A stretch of DNA of 64,000 bases from Chrysomallon squamiferum (taxonomy: Eukaryota; Animalia; Mollusca). The stretch's first letter is position 1; the number at the start of each line of letters is the position of its first letter. Location of the stretch: NCBI GenBank assembly GCA_012295275.1, contig CM022671.1, positions 30,008,001-30,072,000 of the forward strand, read 5' to 3'. Under the pieces are notes generated by a model. The model saw nothing but the letters and a program-made list of their open reading frames with translations. It was not told where the DNA came from and did not search any database. Below are positions 14,495 through 27,783 of the stretch, in pieces. The position numbers and the translations under genes are program-made.

Positions 14495-16204
14495 CTAGGT
14501 AGTTAGGCAGATAGATCGGTAGGTATGTCGGTAGATATAGAGGCGTTTGTTTGTATGTATGTATATGTGTATTTTGTGTGTAGATTTATATACATTGTAT
14601 ATATATATATATATATATATATCAGTATCATATTAGATGCTAATGACATACGCAAATATTAATAACTATTTTTGTAGTATATATTTATTTTATTCTTTCA
14701 TCACACATAAATGCATTTATATAATCCATTCAGCTAAAAAAAGAAAACATTACACAACGCTCAGTTTCGTAACAGAATCTCGCAATCTTACTCATTATCT
14801 AACCACACCAGATAGATGGGAAAAATAACACCACGCACACACCCAGCCTTAAGTAGCGAGCACTTGTTCATGTTTTCCACTTCAGGTGTCTTTGCTTAAC
14901 CTGCTGCATTGCTCCGAGAACAATGTGGCGAACTCTGAGAGAAAGATCATGCCACGATCCCATTCAGATATGAAAATACTTAGTGGTAATTCTCTTAATT
15001 ACATGCTCCGCGTAGATCAAAGCCGCTTAAGTTTATGCTCCAGCCAAAGGGATAGGGCATGTTTGTTACGTGTAATTATACGTATGTAACCACTGCGTGT
15101 ACAAACGCTCTATTACCTTCTACTTCAAATGTCCCGCGTTTTCAGCGCACTATAATTATATTGTAATATATCATGGCTACATGTGTAATACATTGACACA
15201 CAACATTTCATATTATTCACACCACTAGACGTTTCAAAAACATTTGCTTCTTTTCTTCTTTCTATTTTTTGTTTTCTATTTTTTTTTTTTTTTTTTTTTT
15301 GTTGTTTGTGAGTATGATTTTTAAAAAAAAAATTCGCTTCTTTTATTTATCGTGTTGAGTTTTAATGAAGTGATTTGTAAACAATAGGTCTCAGTATTAG
15401 TCAGTCTAAAAAGAAGTGAAATGAGAAGAGAAAAAGAAAAGAAATTAAATCTACGTGTTGTTAATTCAGACACGTTTTGCCTACGGGGTGAATATAGCAT
15501 AGAACAATGTTTTATGTCTTAAACTTCTGTGAGAAAAAAATGAAATAAAAGCTGCTCTGCCTATCCATTGAAAATTCAAATAAGCAACCAATAAAATATT
15601 CCGAAGAATTCCAAACACAAGCTATATACGCGAAAGTAATTTTAAACTGAATGAAACGAAAGAAAAAATAAATAAAAGAAACTTTAAAAAAGTGATCTTT
15701 TCAATCAGGAAAAAGCAAATATACGAAGACGCATCAAAAGTTGCCAGTAATTTTCTCTCTCTCTTTTTTTTTTTTCTTTTGAAAGCAATTAAAACTATAG
15801 TCGTTGTCTGAATTCAGTTGTTGTTGTTGTTTTTTTTAAATTCAGAATCATGTTTTAGGTTTTAATCAAAGTTGAAAGAAAAGGATATACTGGGCAGTGC
15901 TGAAAATCGAAATAAAAATGTTGTATTTGTAGTAATCAAAAAAAAAAAAAAAACAGTTTTATTTTTTTCAGTAATTTAAATAAAAAGAGGTTGAACGTGT
16001 GTTTTATATGAAGTAAAAATATTGTATTTTTATACTAATTTATATAAAAATATTGTATTTATAGTAATTAAAGTAAGAATGTTGTGTTTGTTCTAACTGA
16101 AATAAAAAATTATCGATGAAATTATAATCAAATGGAATCATTTCATTTGCATCAAACGAATGCCTGCTTGTACTTTCGTACTTATATATGTACGTGCTAT
16201 GTAT

Positions 16205-16255
<51 letters not shown>

Positions 16256-17246
16256 TGCATTTATGTATGTTTGTACAATCAATGTACAAGTACATACGTA
16301 CGAGTATACGTATTTACGTATGTAGGTGTGCTTGTGTGTGCGTGTTTGGGTGCATTTATATGAGTATGCTTGTGTGTATGTTTGAATGTGTGTGTGTGTG
16401 TGAATATGTGTACTTGGGCGTATGCATGTGTCTCTTGTATGCATACATGATGACATCAGAATATATTACACTGTTTACAGTACATAATTTTACATTACGT
16501 GTATGTGTGTAAAGAAAGTGTTGACGCATGTGTTTTTTATAACGCTTCAGAGTAAACAAATGGTTACCTAGGACCAAACACAGAGTAGACACATACACAC
16601 CACCACAACAACAACTGTATAAACACACACAAACATACACCAACAAATAAATGAAATTAAAACTATACCAAAACAGTTGATAAACACCCTCGCGTTTATC
16701 TCAATTCAGGTACCTGTTAATCTCATCCAGCTGAATTCACTGCAGTACCGTTCATTATTAATCATTGAAAAATCTGTTCAAACAATAGCAGACCATATTG
16801 TTCAGAAGAAAGTAATGCCCACTCGATTTCATTTCAGTATGTTTTAACATCCACTTCATAAACTTCTCCACACCACTTGATCGACGTATTAAGCACCAAT
16901 AACGCTTTATGGAGGGTGGCAATCTCGCGACCACTGTATAGAAACTTAACCGTCTGAAGGCGATTTCTGAAGAAAAAAAAAAAAAAAAAGTGCGGGAGAA
17001 AAAAAAAAGTGCTGGTCAAAGAAATGTGATCGAGTGGGTGCTTATGTTAACTTGTTCGGCAGTAGGGTCATTAAGTCTGCCCCGAGACCAGGTGTTAAGC
17101 CAAGGTGTGAAGTGATTGGCAGGTCAGTCACAGCTGTGTGTCACATTTCACTCCTCTTTCTAACAATGCACGTCTTCATTCTGTCTTCCTATTAGCGCTA
17201 CCGTCTCGTCCCCTCCTTGTCTCTCTCGTTCTGTGTGTTACTGTCC

Positions 17247-17322
<76 letters not shown>

Positions 17323-17982
17323 CAGAAAGATAGAATGAAAAAGAGATAGAGAGACACTGAGAGAAAGAGAGAGTTGTCTATGTACAGTTCCGTTCACACA
17401 CACACACACACACACATACACACACACGCACACACATACACACACACACGAAGACTCGGCCGAATGTTATGCAGGGTTTGAATTTCAGTTGCCCACCGCG
17501 ACAAAGATAAGTGAACAACAAACTTAAAAGTTATTTCAGTTGAGACGGCAGATTGACTTTGACACTGCCTTCCATTTAATGAGCTTTTCTCCTTTTATCT
17601 GCCGTGTTTACATGCTCTCTCCTTAGCTTTTGTTGGCTGCGTTTATCCCTCGGGCGGGCTTCATTCAGGGTCATCAGAAATGAACGTCCATCGGCTATTG
17701 TTGTACCCGGGTCACTTCCACGATTCCGGTTTCGCTTCTGCTGCTAGATCGAGCAAAACATGTTTGGAATTCGCTTTATGCGCGACCTTTTTTATATCAG
17801 ACATCTGAAAATACCGATATTGGAAAGGGGAAGTGCATTATAGTTACTTTTTTTTTTGGTTTTTTTTTTTGCTCTAGCATTTTTTTGGTTTTTTTTTGTT
17901 GTTTTTGCTCTTTCTTTGAAAAATGTTTTATCTTTGTTTTTATCTTAATAATGAATGTTTATTACCTGTATTGCCCCGTTTT

Positions 17983-18035
17983 ATCAGCCTCGGTGGCGCG
18001 GGGGTTAAGCCATGTTTCTGATGAAAGGCTGTGAC
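17983..18035 (+). mobile_element. Possible second tRNA-like SINE head remnant
   Basis: gcctcggtggcgcgggggttaagcc resembles a tRNA 5' half with an A-box-like TGGCGCGGGGG. It has no continuation. Confidence 0.25.
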
Positions 18036-19061
18036 GTGGATCGCTTGAGCATGGCAAAGGTACTTGAACTTTCAGTGAAAACGTTTAATATATAATGGAC
18101 TTATTGTTTAGTTATTGTTTGATATGTTTTTTTTGTGAAGATTAACTATAAAATTGTGGTCAGTTTCATCTGATCTGGAATGTGTGTGCTTTAATGGTTT
18201 TTTTTTTTTGTATTTTTTTGTTTTGTTAATAATATTTTCTCATCAAACTGTTGTTATTAGCAAATATTTTACGTTTTCACATTGGTTAGCTTTGGTGTGA
18301 CTGTTATATAAACAACTATAGCAGCAACAACAACATTAACAATGAAAACAACATCATCAACATCATAATAACAACAACGACAGCCAACAATATTAATAAT
18401 AATACCCATCCGTCTACATACACCCAAATGAAACGAGCACAAAGCTAACGAAACACACAAGATAAATTTAACACTTTTTGCACGGTTATCCTGATTTACA
18501 AGATAACATTTCTTGCATCATATTTCAAAGACATGCCTTTTATTCTGGCTTTTATCTTCTCTCGCATGCTTTATTACCGTGAATTGAGGCTCATAACTGC
18601 ACCGGGAGAACAAACTCTTGTATGTCTTAATTGGTTAGAAGCACGCTTGTTTTGGTTTCTGTGTCCCAGTATCAGTTTTAGACTGGCAAACAAAAAGAGA
18701 CCAACATCTTCAAAATGTTTGTAATTTTATTTTTGCATCCTTAATTTTAAAAAACTGTTTGGTTTATATAATATTAATGTACTGTTTCATTATTCTTTTA
18801 TATCCTTTCTTCGTTTCTTTCCCAAACCTTGTGGTTTTTAATAAACATTTTCAGATTTTAATTTTTTTCTGTTTTGAAGTAATCTTTGATTGTTATTTTC
18901 TCATATTTTTGCTTTTGGTGTTGTAATTTTTTTTTTTTTTTTAATTATTATTTCTTCTTTCTTTCGTTTCTCCTCGTAGATAAAACGTTTATTCTATATT
19001 TTATATTTGAGATACATTCAGTTATTCATTCACCGTTTTTGTTTTGTTTTGTTCTGTTCTG

Positions 19062-19098
<37 letters not shown>

Positions 19099-19469
19099 TG
19101 AATAATGATGTTATCAGTCGATCTTTAAAATATTCATTACCTGTAGAGGTAATTTCCTTTGAAGTCTAAACCAGGATATTATTTTCATTCGAATCTGAGT
19201 TATCTATGTTGCTTGTTGACGTACAAAATATGGTGGAATCCTATCTGTTCTTTTTAGAGGAGCTGTTGCTTCGTGTAAGAAAGTGGAGGTACTTTTGTAT
19301 AAATTACAGGGGGAAAAATTTTCATTTAAACTAAACAAATGTGTCAACAATATAATGTGATATCGTGTGTTATTTTTATTGGAAAAAAAAAAATAATAAA
19401 AAGGCAAGGTACATTAACATAACTAAATAACATCTACGGTAGATTACATATAATAAAGGTTTAAAATAA

Positions 19470-19770
19470 GGGAATAAAATAACGTTTAATAACACATCTT
19501 CACGTTTTAATGGTGATTTGCTTTAATAAGAATGCAAGTGAAGAAAACTCCGCTATTGTTACTTCATTTTAACTCTTTTCGATTAGCAACATGAGTTATT
19601 TAATATACACCTTCCCATATATGGGGAAACACATACTGAGTCCTCTGTTAATCCAGTTATAGAGTACATACTGGAATGGGTAAAAACCTATAGAGATTAT
19701 AGAAGAGATTGTTTCTGCATGTACTTGAGCATTAGGCCATTTCACCATTACTGAGTTACAGCCTGCGGCA
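19470..19770 (-). mobile_element. Decayed, near full-length (~300 bp) SINE copy
   Basis: actcttttcgattagcaacatgagttatttaatatacaccttcccata reverse-complements to tgggaaggtgtatattaaataactcatgttgctaatcgaaaagagt, the same core as the copies at 1130 and 12250. A tRNA-like remnant (gtaactcagtaatgg on the - strand) lies near 19745-19760. Confidence 0.6.
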
Positions 19771-22269
19771 CTGTTGTTGTTGAGTTTTTCATCCTCATAA
19801 AAAACAAAACAAAAAAACACTTACTGGACAATTTTTTAGTTAAAGGGAGCAGATTTTACTAAAATTTTACACAGATAAAAAAACATAAGATCCAGTTTCT
19901 AATGATAACAATAAAAAAATTGTCGATGGACAACATACAGTTAGCGCATTTCACGCAACTTACAGGAAATTTCGCGTTGATTTTTTCTGTTTTAGCTATC
20001 GTACGACTAGATGAAGTTTCTAAAAGTTTTAAAAAAAATACAAAAAAACAAAATTCGTCTTTTAAAGAATAACATTTTACTGAGAAATTACGTCGATGAA
20101 TCAAAAGTTTAAAACAAAAAAAAAACAACAACAAATAAAAAACGAAATTAGAAAAATAAATTCCAACTGCGCAGATTAATTTAATTTGGTTACAATAAGT
20201 CAAAGAAAATACCAAGTTTCAATCGTAGTGTAACAGTTTCCTTTTGTGTTTTTTCTCCAGTTTTTTATTGTTCTCTTTACAAAGGCTTCATTCCACACTA
20301 TGCTGTCCAAGTGTCAGATATGTCAAACAGCACATCAGCAATTAAGAGAGAGTTAGAAAATTTAAAAAATCTTTTCTTTCTTCTAATAGGTTCGTGCATC
20401 AGTTTAATTCACAGTGACTTTTGCTTCTAGTAAAACTGTCAATCAATTTTCATTTCATTTGTGATGTTGTTGTTTTTTTTCTACAAAATACACTGGTGGA
20501 AAAATAAAAAATTAACGTACAAAAAAAAAAAAAAATGTAAAAGATACCAAAAATTTACTTGGAACCAATAAAGCATGACAAATGTCCATTAACCGATTAT
20601 AACGATCGACGTTAAAGATAGCCGTTGACAGAGGTGAAGTTTCTTATTGCACGTTAATGTTGTTCGAAGTGTAGTACTGCCAAGCCGAGCACGATAAGCG
20701 GCCATCTTTCTGTCAGAACGAGACAGACTGCCGGGTCGGTCTCACGCCACACTTTATTTCCGTCTTCCGCAGAGTAATACGACTTTCTACAGAACTGATG
20801 CTGTTTGTTCTAAAGCGATAACCCGGCGATTTATACGCGGGACGCAGTTTACACTACAGACCCGTGCCAAGTGGTTAGCAAATATTTACGATTGATAGAT
20901 ATTGAACATAAAGCGTTTGCTTGAAGCCCCACATAACTGGTTGATACTGTTGAAATATACAAAGCACTTGGCGGTAAGTGTTACTGAGTCACGTGTATAC
21001 GTATAGCCTTATTAAGGGTCTTCCTTCTTCAATTTATTATCGCGATTTTCCCAGCCAGTGCCACAATCCAATTGTCTGGACTGTGCGTCCAGGTCAGCAT
21101 TGGTCAGCTGGTTTATTGGTATTACATTGGTCTTGGTGATGCTTTGGTCATGCAATGCAACTTGAGCATTGGAAGGTCCTGGGAATGTAATCCGAGAGCA
21201 AATTGGATAACAGCTTTCTGACTTACTCAGATTAGTAACTGCTGATACGGGTAACGCCATAGTCACATAGTATTTGTCTAACAAATGATTTAACACTGTG
21301 CATCTGTTTTAATGATATATCTGATCAATTCTGCATCTAGCAAGAAAGACTTGCTTGCTTATACATTAGAAAAGTTTAGAAATAAACGAGAATTATAATA
21401 GCGTGCTTAGCCAGCATCGTTTCGGCTTTGTTTCCTTTATAGCGGTTTAGCACTAGGCTAGACTACTATAGTATGGTAATCAACTAAGCTTAGTACGCTC
21501 GTTTGCCTTTTGTAAATCTGATTCATTCTTCTGCCCAGTGGTACAAAGAAGATAATCCAGACATTTCTTAAAGGGGAAGAAAACTCGTAACAAGCTAAGA
21601 TGAAGTAACGTTAGAGTCGTTTACAGATTGTCGCAGCCTCTTAATTATGTTCTCAAACTGTAGTTTCTGTAGTTTGAATGGTCTAATATACGTTACCTTT
21701 GCAAATCAACGGCCAGTTTTAATGGCTGGCCTCAAGGATAAGATGAAAAGAAAAATGAATTTAGTCGTAAAACGAAGACAACTAATGACATGACGATGTT
21801 AGTGATGTGTAAGAATTTATTGTAACATAATTTTTATTATGCTTTAAAATATTTTAAAATATTTTAAAAATGTGGAAATGGTGTTGTTATCAGTGCTAGT
21901 AATTTACTACACAAAATGAAGAGAGAAAAGACATCGGATAGGTGAGCAAGAAGGTGACACAGAAAGAGAGAGTGGAGCAAAGAGAGAGAGGGAGAGAGAG
22001 ACAGATAGAAGAAGAGATACAGTGTCTCTTTCAGATCAAACAAAACATATGAGACAAAAGAAACATCAGATAATGTATTAATCAGACAAACCGAAGACAG
22101 AATACAATTCCTTTCCCTCCCACAAAACGATACGACCCACACATTTAAAACCAGCACAAAAAAAAGAAAAGAACACAAAATGTCTGCAGAAACGACACAA
22201 ATTATGACATCATCCATTTGTTCCTCGAGTCTCTGTAATTTGCTTTAAAAGCGCACGTTTTTAAAACCG

Positions 22270-22645
22270 TCTCTGGCAATTATCTGCGGTTATTAAGAGT
22301 CTCTCACAAACGATGAGAGATAATGATGAATCTCCGCCGGGCGAATCGCTGATTGTTTGGAGAGGTTTGTACACGAGATTTCAAGTGACAATTATCAGGA
22401 ACGTTCCCACTGATAACCCGTGTTTCAAGTCGTTATCGTCCCGCCCATCGCCGCCAATTTGCAACCTTTAAGTATAAGTCCCATTTCCTTTCTTCTGTTA
22501 GCGGCGGCTGTTTCAATAACATATATCGGCAATTAAGTCTTGATTGCACTACAGCCCGCAGTGATAACCGCACTAAGGATAAGCTGTCGAGACTTGGTTC
22601 TCTTGTCTTTTAGAGCAAATTGCTAACAATCATTATTATCGAAAT
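22270..22645. promoter_or_regulatory. GATA-site cluster; candidate intronic enhancer
   Basis: Eight GATAA/TTATC motifs in ~360 bp of GC-elevated unique sequence. Confidence 0.4.
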
Positions 22646-23068
22646 ACACGAAATTTCGTTTAACCTTGACGCTATTTTGAAATTTCCTATTTCAATGATT
22701 TATTTCAATTTTGGGTGATTTGTGTCAAATTTGATTAACATATTTGTTTGTTTGTTTTTTTTCTTTGATGTTTTGTATCATTATGGAAGACGGCAACGAA
22801 AAATAGAAACATGATGTTAATTTATAGATAATATTACTTGAAACTGAAGCATTTAGCGTCAAAATATATTAACTCTAGAATGAAAAGAAAAAGAAGAAGA
22901 AACAGTTGACGATATTGTTAGAGCAATTCATTGTGTGAAAGCATAATCGTCGAATGGTTAAGGCGAAAAAAATTGCAGTTGGACTGACATAATTATATAT
23001 TATATTATATGAGTAATAGTTACTGAGGTGTGTAACAGACAGATCGATAAAATCAGAACGATAATGTG

Positions 23069-23176
<108 letters not shown>

Positions 23177-24436
23177 ACTGAGCAAGACAGAAATGATATA
23201 GGAGATAAAAACTATTCAGATATTAAGTACGAATGCACATTACGCAGTGTTTACACATATTTTAGTGTGGTGTACGTACAGCTCGGGTCTCTGAAACTCA
23301 GACATCTTTCTCACATAAAATCTGTCACAACTTTTTAAAAGTTAACAGCATATATTAAATCAACCATTGCTTCATTCCTGTTTGTAGACATCCCTACGGA
23401 ACATTAAACCTGTTGGAGAAATAATGTTAATCAGGAACTTACAGCAAGATGTAAAGTCATAGTTTTCCTATACAAAAAGAAATTTCTTTGAAAAAAAAAA
23501 AAGAAAAAAAAAAAGAAGTATATAACGTGCGGCACCTTTTGACCTTTTAATTCCTCTGGTTGCCGGCGTTTTAAAGATCCCATTGGCTTTGTAAACGAAA
23601 TCGCCGTACGCGCCACATTGTCGCCTCATGTTACAGCTACAAGTGTGGGCATCCTACTGATTTTGTCATTTAAAATGTGTTCTTGTGATCGAGTTTAATT
23701 GACTTTGAAATCTGTAGATTTTTATTGAGAGAAATTAGGTCACACTACTACCTGTGTCATTCTGAACGTAAGGGCTAAACAGAATATGTGAAGAAAAACG
23801 AAAAAAGTTGAAAAAAAAAAAAAAGTGAAGAAAAAAGTTATCAGACCTGCGTTGTTTTCTCTTTTTTTTCTTCTTCTTCTTCTTTTTTTTTTTTTTTTTT
23901 TAAGTTTAAAATTTTTGTGTTTACTTCCCTGTGTGAAGAGTGCTTAGGAAAACGATCACGTGACATTGTTAGGTCTCGAATTTCATTGTAAACTCTTGTC
24001 TGATGGGTGCCCCTGGCTGTCAAGTCCCCCGGGGAATCTCTCCTATCGTAATCCTGCCCAGAAGGCAGCACTTTCAAGTAGTGTCTTTTGTGTATTTTAC
24101 TAACAAGGTCAACGGGGGTTGGAGACGTTCTCACACTTGTCCTTCACCTTGACAGAAAGGTCATTTTGACTTTGTTCATCACAATGCAGTGTTTGTCTGT
24201 TGAACGTCAGCTGTGTGGAGTTGAGCTCTCGTGGTGTCCAAGATCGAAGGATCAAGCCTCCTCTGTGGATGTTTAGATTACTTAACATGTTTACAAGTTA
24301 AAATAATAGATACACTGCTGTATGGAGTACAGTTATTACAACGAATAATTAACTACACTGTCTCATATAGGATATCTTCGGTAAAAGACCATAAACGGAC
24401 GATAAAATTTGTTTTGTTTTTTGTTTAGATAATGTA

Positions 24437-24470
<34 letters not shown>

Positions 24471-24734
24471 GTACATTATGTGTAACCGTCCCGGTAAAGG
24501 CAATGTTGTTGAAATATAATGGCGAAGGAGAAGGTAAAACAAGATAATGAAATAAAAATACGTCATTTGGGTTAATGTTATTACTTTTCAGTTCAGAAAT
24601 TATTTTAATTTAAAAGAAAAACAAAATCCTTGTTTATATATATATATATAAGAGTTTTACCGTCAGTTAGACTGTTTTACAGTGACACTTTTACGTCTTT
24701 CGGATAACTTTTTATTTCTTTTCAATACAAATCT

Positions 24735-25115
24735 GATACTAGTCTAATCTCTTTTAGTGTTGTTCAGTCAAGTTTAGTTTTCTCAAGTCTGCAATAATCG
24801 AATCTGCTTAACAATGATTTTAAATTTTATTACTTAATCTGGTTTAAACTAGCGGTCAGTTTAGTCTTATCAAGTTTGTAGCAGACGAATTTACGTAGTT
24901 TTCTCTTAACGTGGTTTAAACTAGTGATCAAGTTTAGTCATGTCAAGTCTTCAATACACCCAAGTAGTTTACACTGGTTTTAGATATTACCGTTTAACCT
25001 GGTTTAAATTAGTGTAGATTCCTCAGATTTAATTTTGTTTTAACTGATCTAATCCTGTCCGGTGTCGTTATGAAGTAATTTGTTCTGGAATAATCTAGTT
25101 TAAGCTAGTACAGTC
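24735..25115. repeat. Degenerate tandem repeat, ~70-100 bp unit, 4-5 copies
   Basis: A TTAAYCTGGTTTAAACTAG-like motif occurs at ~24834, 24906, 24994 and 25091. AGTTTAGTyyTnTCAAGT occurs at ~24771, 24858 and 24931. Confidence 0.65.
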
Positions 25116-26317
25116 AAGGTGTGTGTTGCTAACAGAAGAACTACTGAATCACGATGACAAAGGAATATTACATCAGACTTTCAGTTTGACGTTTTCAGGT
25201 AAAAACATTTCTGTAGCCATTACTTCCACACTGCTGCTCCTCCTTTCTTCAGCACCGCACCACATTCCTCTCGATAAGCATCTCGCCACCTAGTTTAGCT
25301 GTTCAGAAATCTCTTACTCCACAGCGGTGTTTACAACACGCAGATTAACGTCTGATTACAAAACGTAAAACGAAAGCCCAACAGCGTCCTTTCACAGCTC
25401 AAAAAAATAAAAATAAAACATTTCAGGCTTGGTTTGTTTTAGGGAAAGACACCCCTCTGCTTAGACATAACAACCCATCGTTTTGTGAATCGTGTGTTTT
25501 GAACGAAATATATTTTTTTTTAACCTTTCAAACGGGTTGTTATTGCTTTAGTCCCAATTTATGTTCGATCAATCGACCAGGTTTTTTTTTATTGGGCAAT
25601 AAATCCCGCGAGAAAGTCAGTGTCACCGGCGTACCTCGCTGCTGCCACGACATGATCACAATGTCGTTGTTAACCTCTTAATGCGTGTCTCAAACGCTTT
25701 CGTCAGAATTGGTTGATCTTTTTTTTTTTTTTTTCATACATTCTTATATTCGAGTTTGTGTTTGTTATTGCTCTTTCTTTATTATTATTATTATTATTAC
25801 TATTTTTTTTTTTTTTTTTTTTTTTTTTATTTTTTTTTTTTTTTTTTTTTTTTTGAATTACGCTCTTATTCTCATTGTGTAATCCAAGTAAAGGAAAACT
25901 GTGACTAAGTAAAAGTTGCCTGCGAAGTTTTATGACCCTGAATACTCGTAAACGGGTCAAAGCGCCATTTTGCGATCCGATGTGTGGAAAGGGTATGGCA
26001 GTCAAACGTTTCTTTCCAAAGTCGCGTACGCGTATCCTGTCTTTTTGTTTGTAGATGAGACACTGGCATGCGTCTTTCTGGTTTTTCCTTTAATCTCACA
26101 AATAGAAGCATTTAAATAAATAAATAACAACAACGACAACAGGATATGTAATAATAGAAACAAATACGAATGAAATAGAATGTATGTTAATACAGAGTAT
26201 TTTATTTGTTTAAAAAGAAGAATACGTGTTCGTTTGAGTTATGAAGGTTGAAGACGGATGGAGGATGGAAAAAGAAGAAAAGAAAATAATGAATGAATGA
26301 ATGAGAAAGAATGTAAC

Positions 26318-26321
<4 letters not shown>

Positions 26322-26396
<75 letters not shown>
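26322..26396. repeat. (AG)n microsatellite
   Basis: Read directly from the sequence. Confidence 0.97.
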
Positions 26397-26398
<2 letters not shown>

Positions 26399-27464
26399 CA
26401 AGCAGGAACATAAAACGAAATTAGTAAGAATAAAAAAAAAAAAAATAAAAAAAATGAATGAGAAAAGAGAGAGATCGCGCTTGAAAGGGTGTTACCGATA
26501 ACTCCACAACGTATGTGTGCACGTGCGTGTACGAGTACGTGTGCATGTTCCCTCAGTTGTAGATAAGGTGTTTATTTTATCCCCCTGTGATCGGATCACC
26601 TGGGTGCCTGGGACAGCCAAGTAACGTGAGGTTTACACGCTAATTCATTGACCGTAACCCACCACATAAATGTGGCCTACAGTTTTATTGCTCAGTGTTC
26701 TCTCTGGTAACTGATCAAAGGAACAGTACATGTTAACATTTTATCCTTTCTAATTTAACGACCTTTTATCACCACGCTGTGATAACCGTGCGCCGGGCAC
26801 AAGATGCTCTCTCGTACGGCCGCCGCAATGATCACAAAAAAAAACACACACAAAAACAACAAAGTTTAAAAAAAAAAAAAACGATATCTAATCAGTAAAA
26901 AAAGTTCCAAACAATTCCTCAAATTATTAGTGAAGATGTTGGCGATTTGTACGGCTCAGATAACAGCAAGGTGTTATCTAAATATACACGTTTCAAAATG
27001 ATGGACGACAGACAAGGTTTAGCTTAACGTCTTTGTGTGTGTGGACAAACATTTATCTGTTAAAGGCCAAGAAATATGCTGCTTAATTACATCGGTATAA
27101 AGAAACATGCTGATTATGAGAAAAAACGATCATTAACATATTGCAGTGGATTTCTTGTTTGATATTAATTTGATCAGTTTAACAAATCTTAAATAATACA
27201 CTCTCTCGTCTCTGTCTGTCTCTGTCTCTCTGTAATTCTGTCTCTAAATCGTTATAATTTGAGGGTAAACTGAAAAAAAAAAAAAAATATTTTAATTGAA
27301 ATTACTTTTATCATATAAAATCATAACATAGAAATTACAGGTATTTTTATTCTTTGTGTTGAAACTTCTTTCCTGCGACATACTTTCACAGTACTGAAAA
27401 TCACAATGACAATACCTTGGTGATGGAAAGGTCGTACATTACTAAACTATGTCAAGACCTGTAC

Positions 27465-27783
27465 CAGGGTGGATCTGCGAGTTCTTTCAAAGAAAGGGGA
27501 GGGCTCCCATTATTATTATTGTTGTTATTATGGATGTGACCTCATTTTCAAGCTGGGTATCCTTCTGAAAAAAATCGAAATATATATATATATAAAACAA
27601 TTTAAAAAAAAAAAAAATATAAAATAAATAAAAACAAAAACAAATCAAAAAAAAAAATAAAATAAACAAAAATAATAATTAATTAAAAATAGACAAATAA
27701 ATTAAATTAAATTTTTTATTTTTATAATGGATGAACCGCCCCAGGTGGAACCCTCCCCTTCTTGATCCTCTTGTGCACCCCTG
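27465..27783. mobile_element. Possible decayed MITE
   Basis: GC-rich ends (cagggtggatct ... gatcctcttgtgcacccctg) form a weak terminal inverted repeat around an AT-rich core. A similar right end, ctgggacccgcccctg, occurs at 63165-63180. There is no clean target-site duplication. Confidence 0.3.

Noticed and set aside
21012-21296. 94-aa minus-strand ORF in moderately GC-rich unique sequence
   Set aside because: It has a non-ATG start and no recognisable domain. It may be a TE relic, but this cannot be supported without a search.
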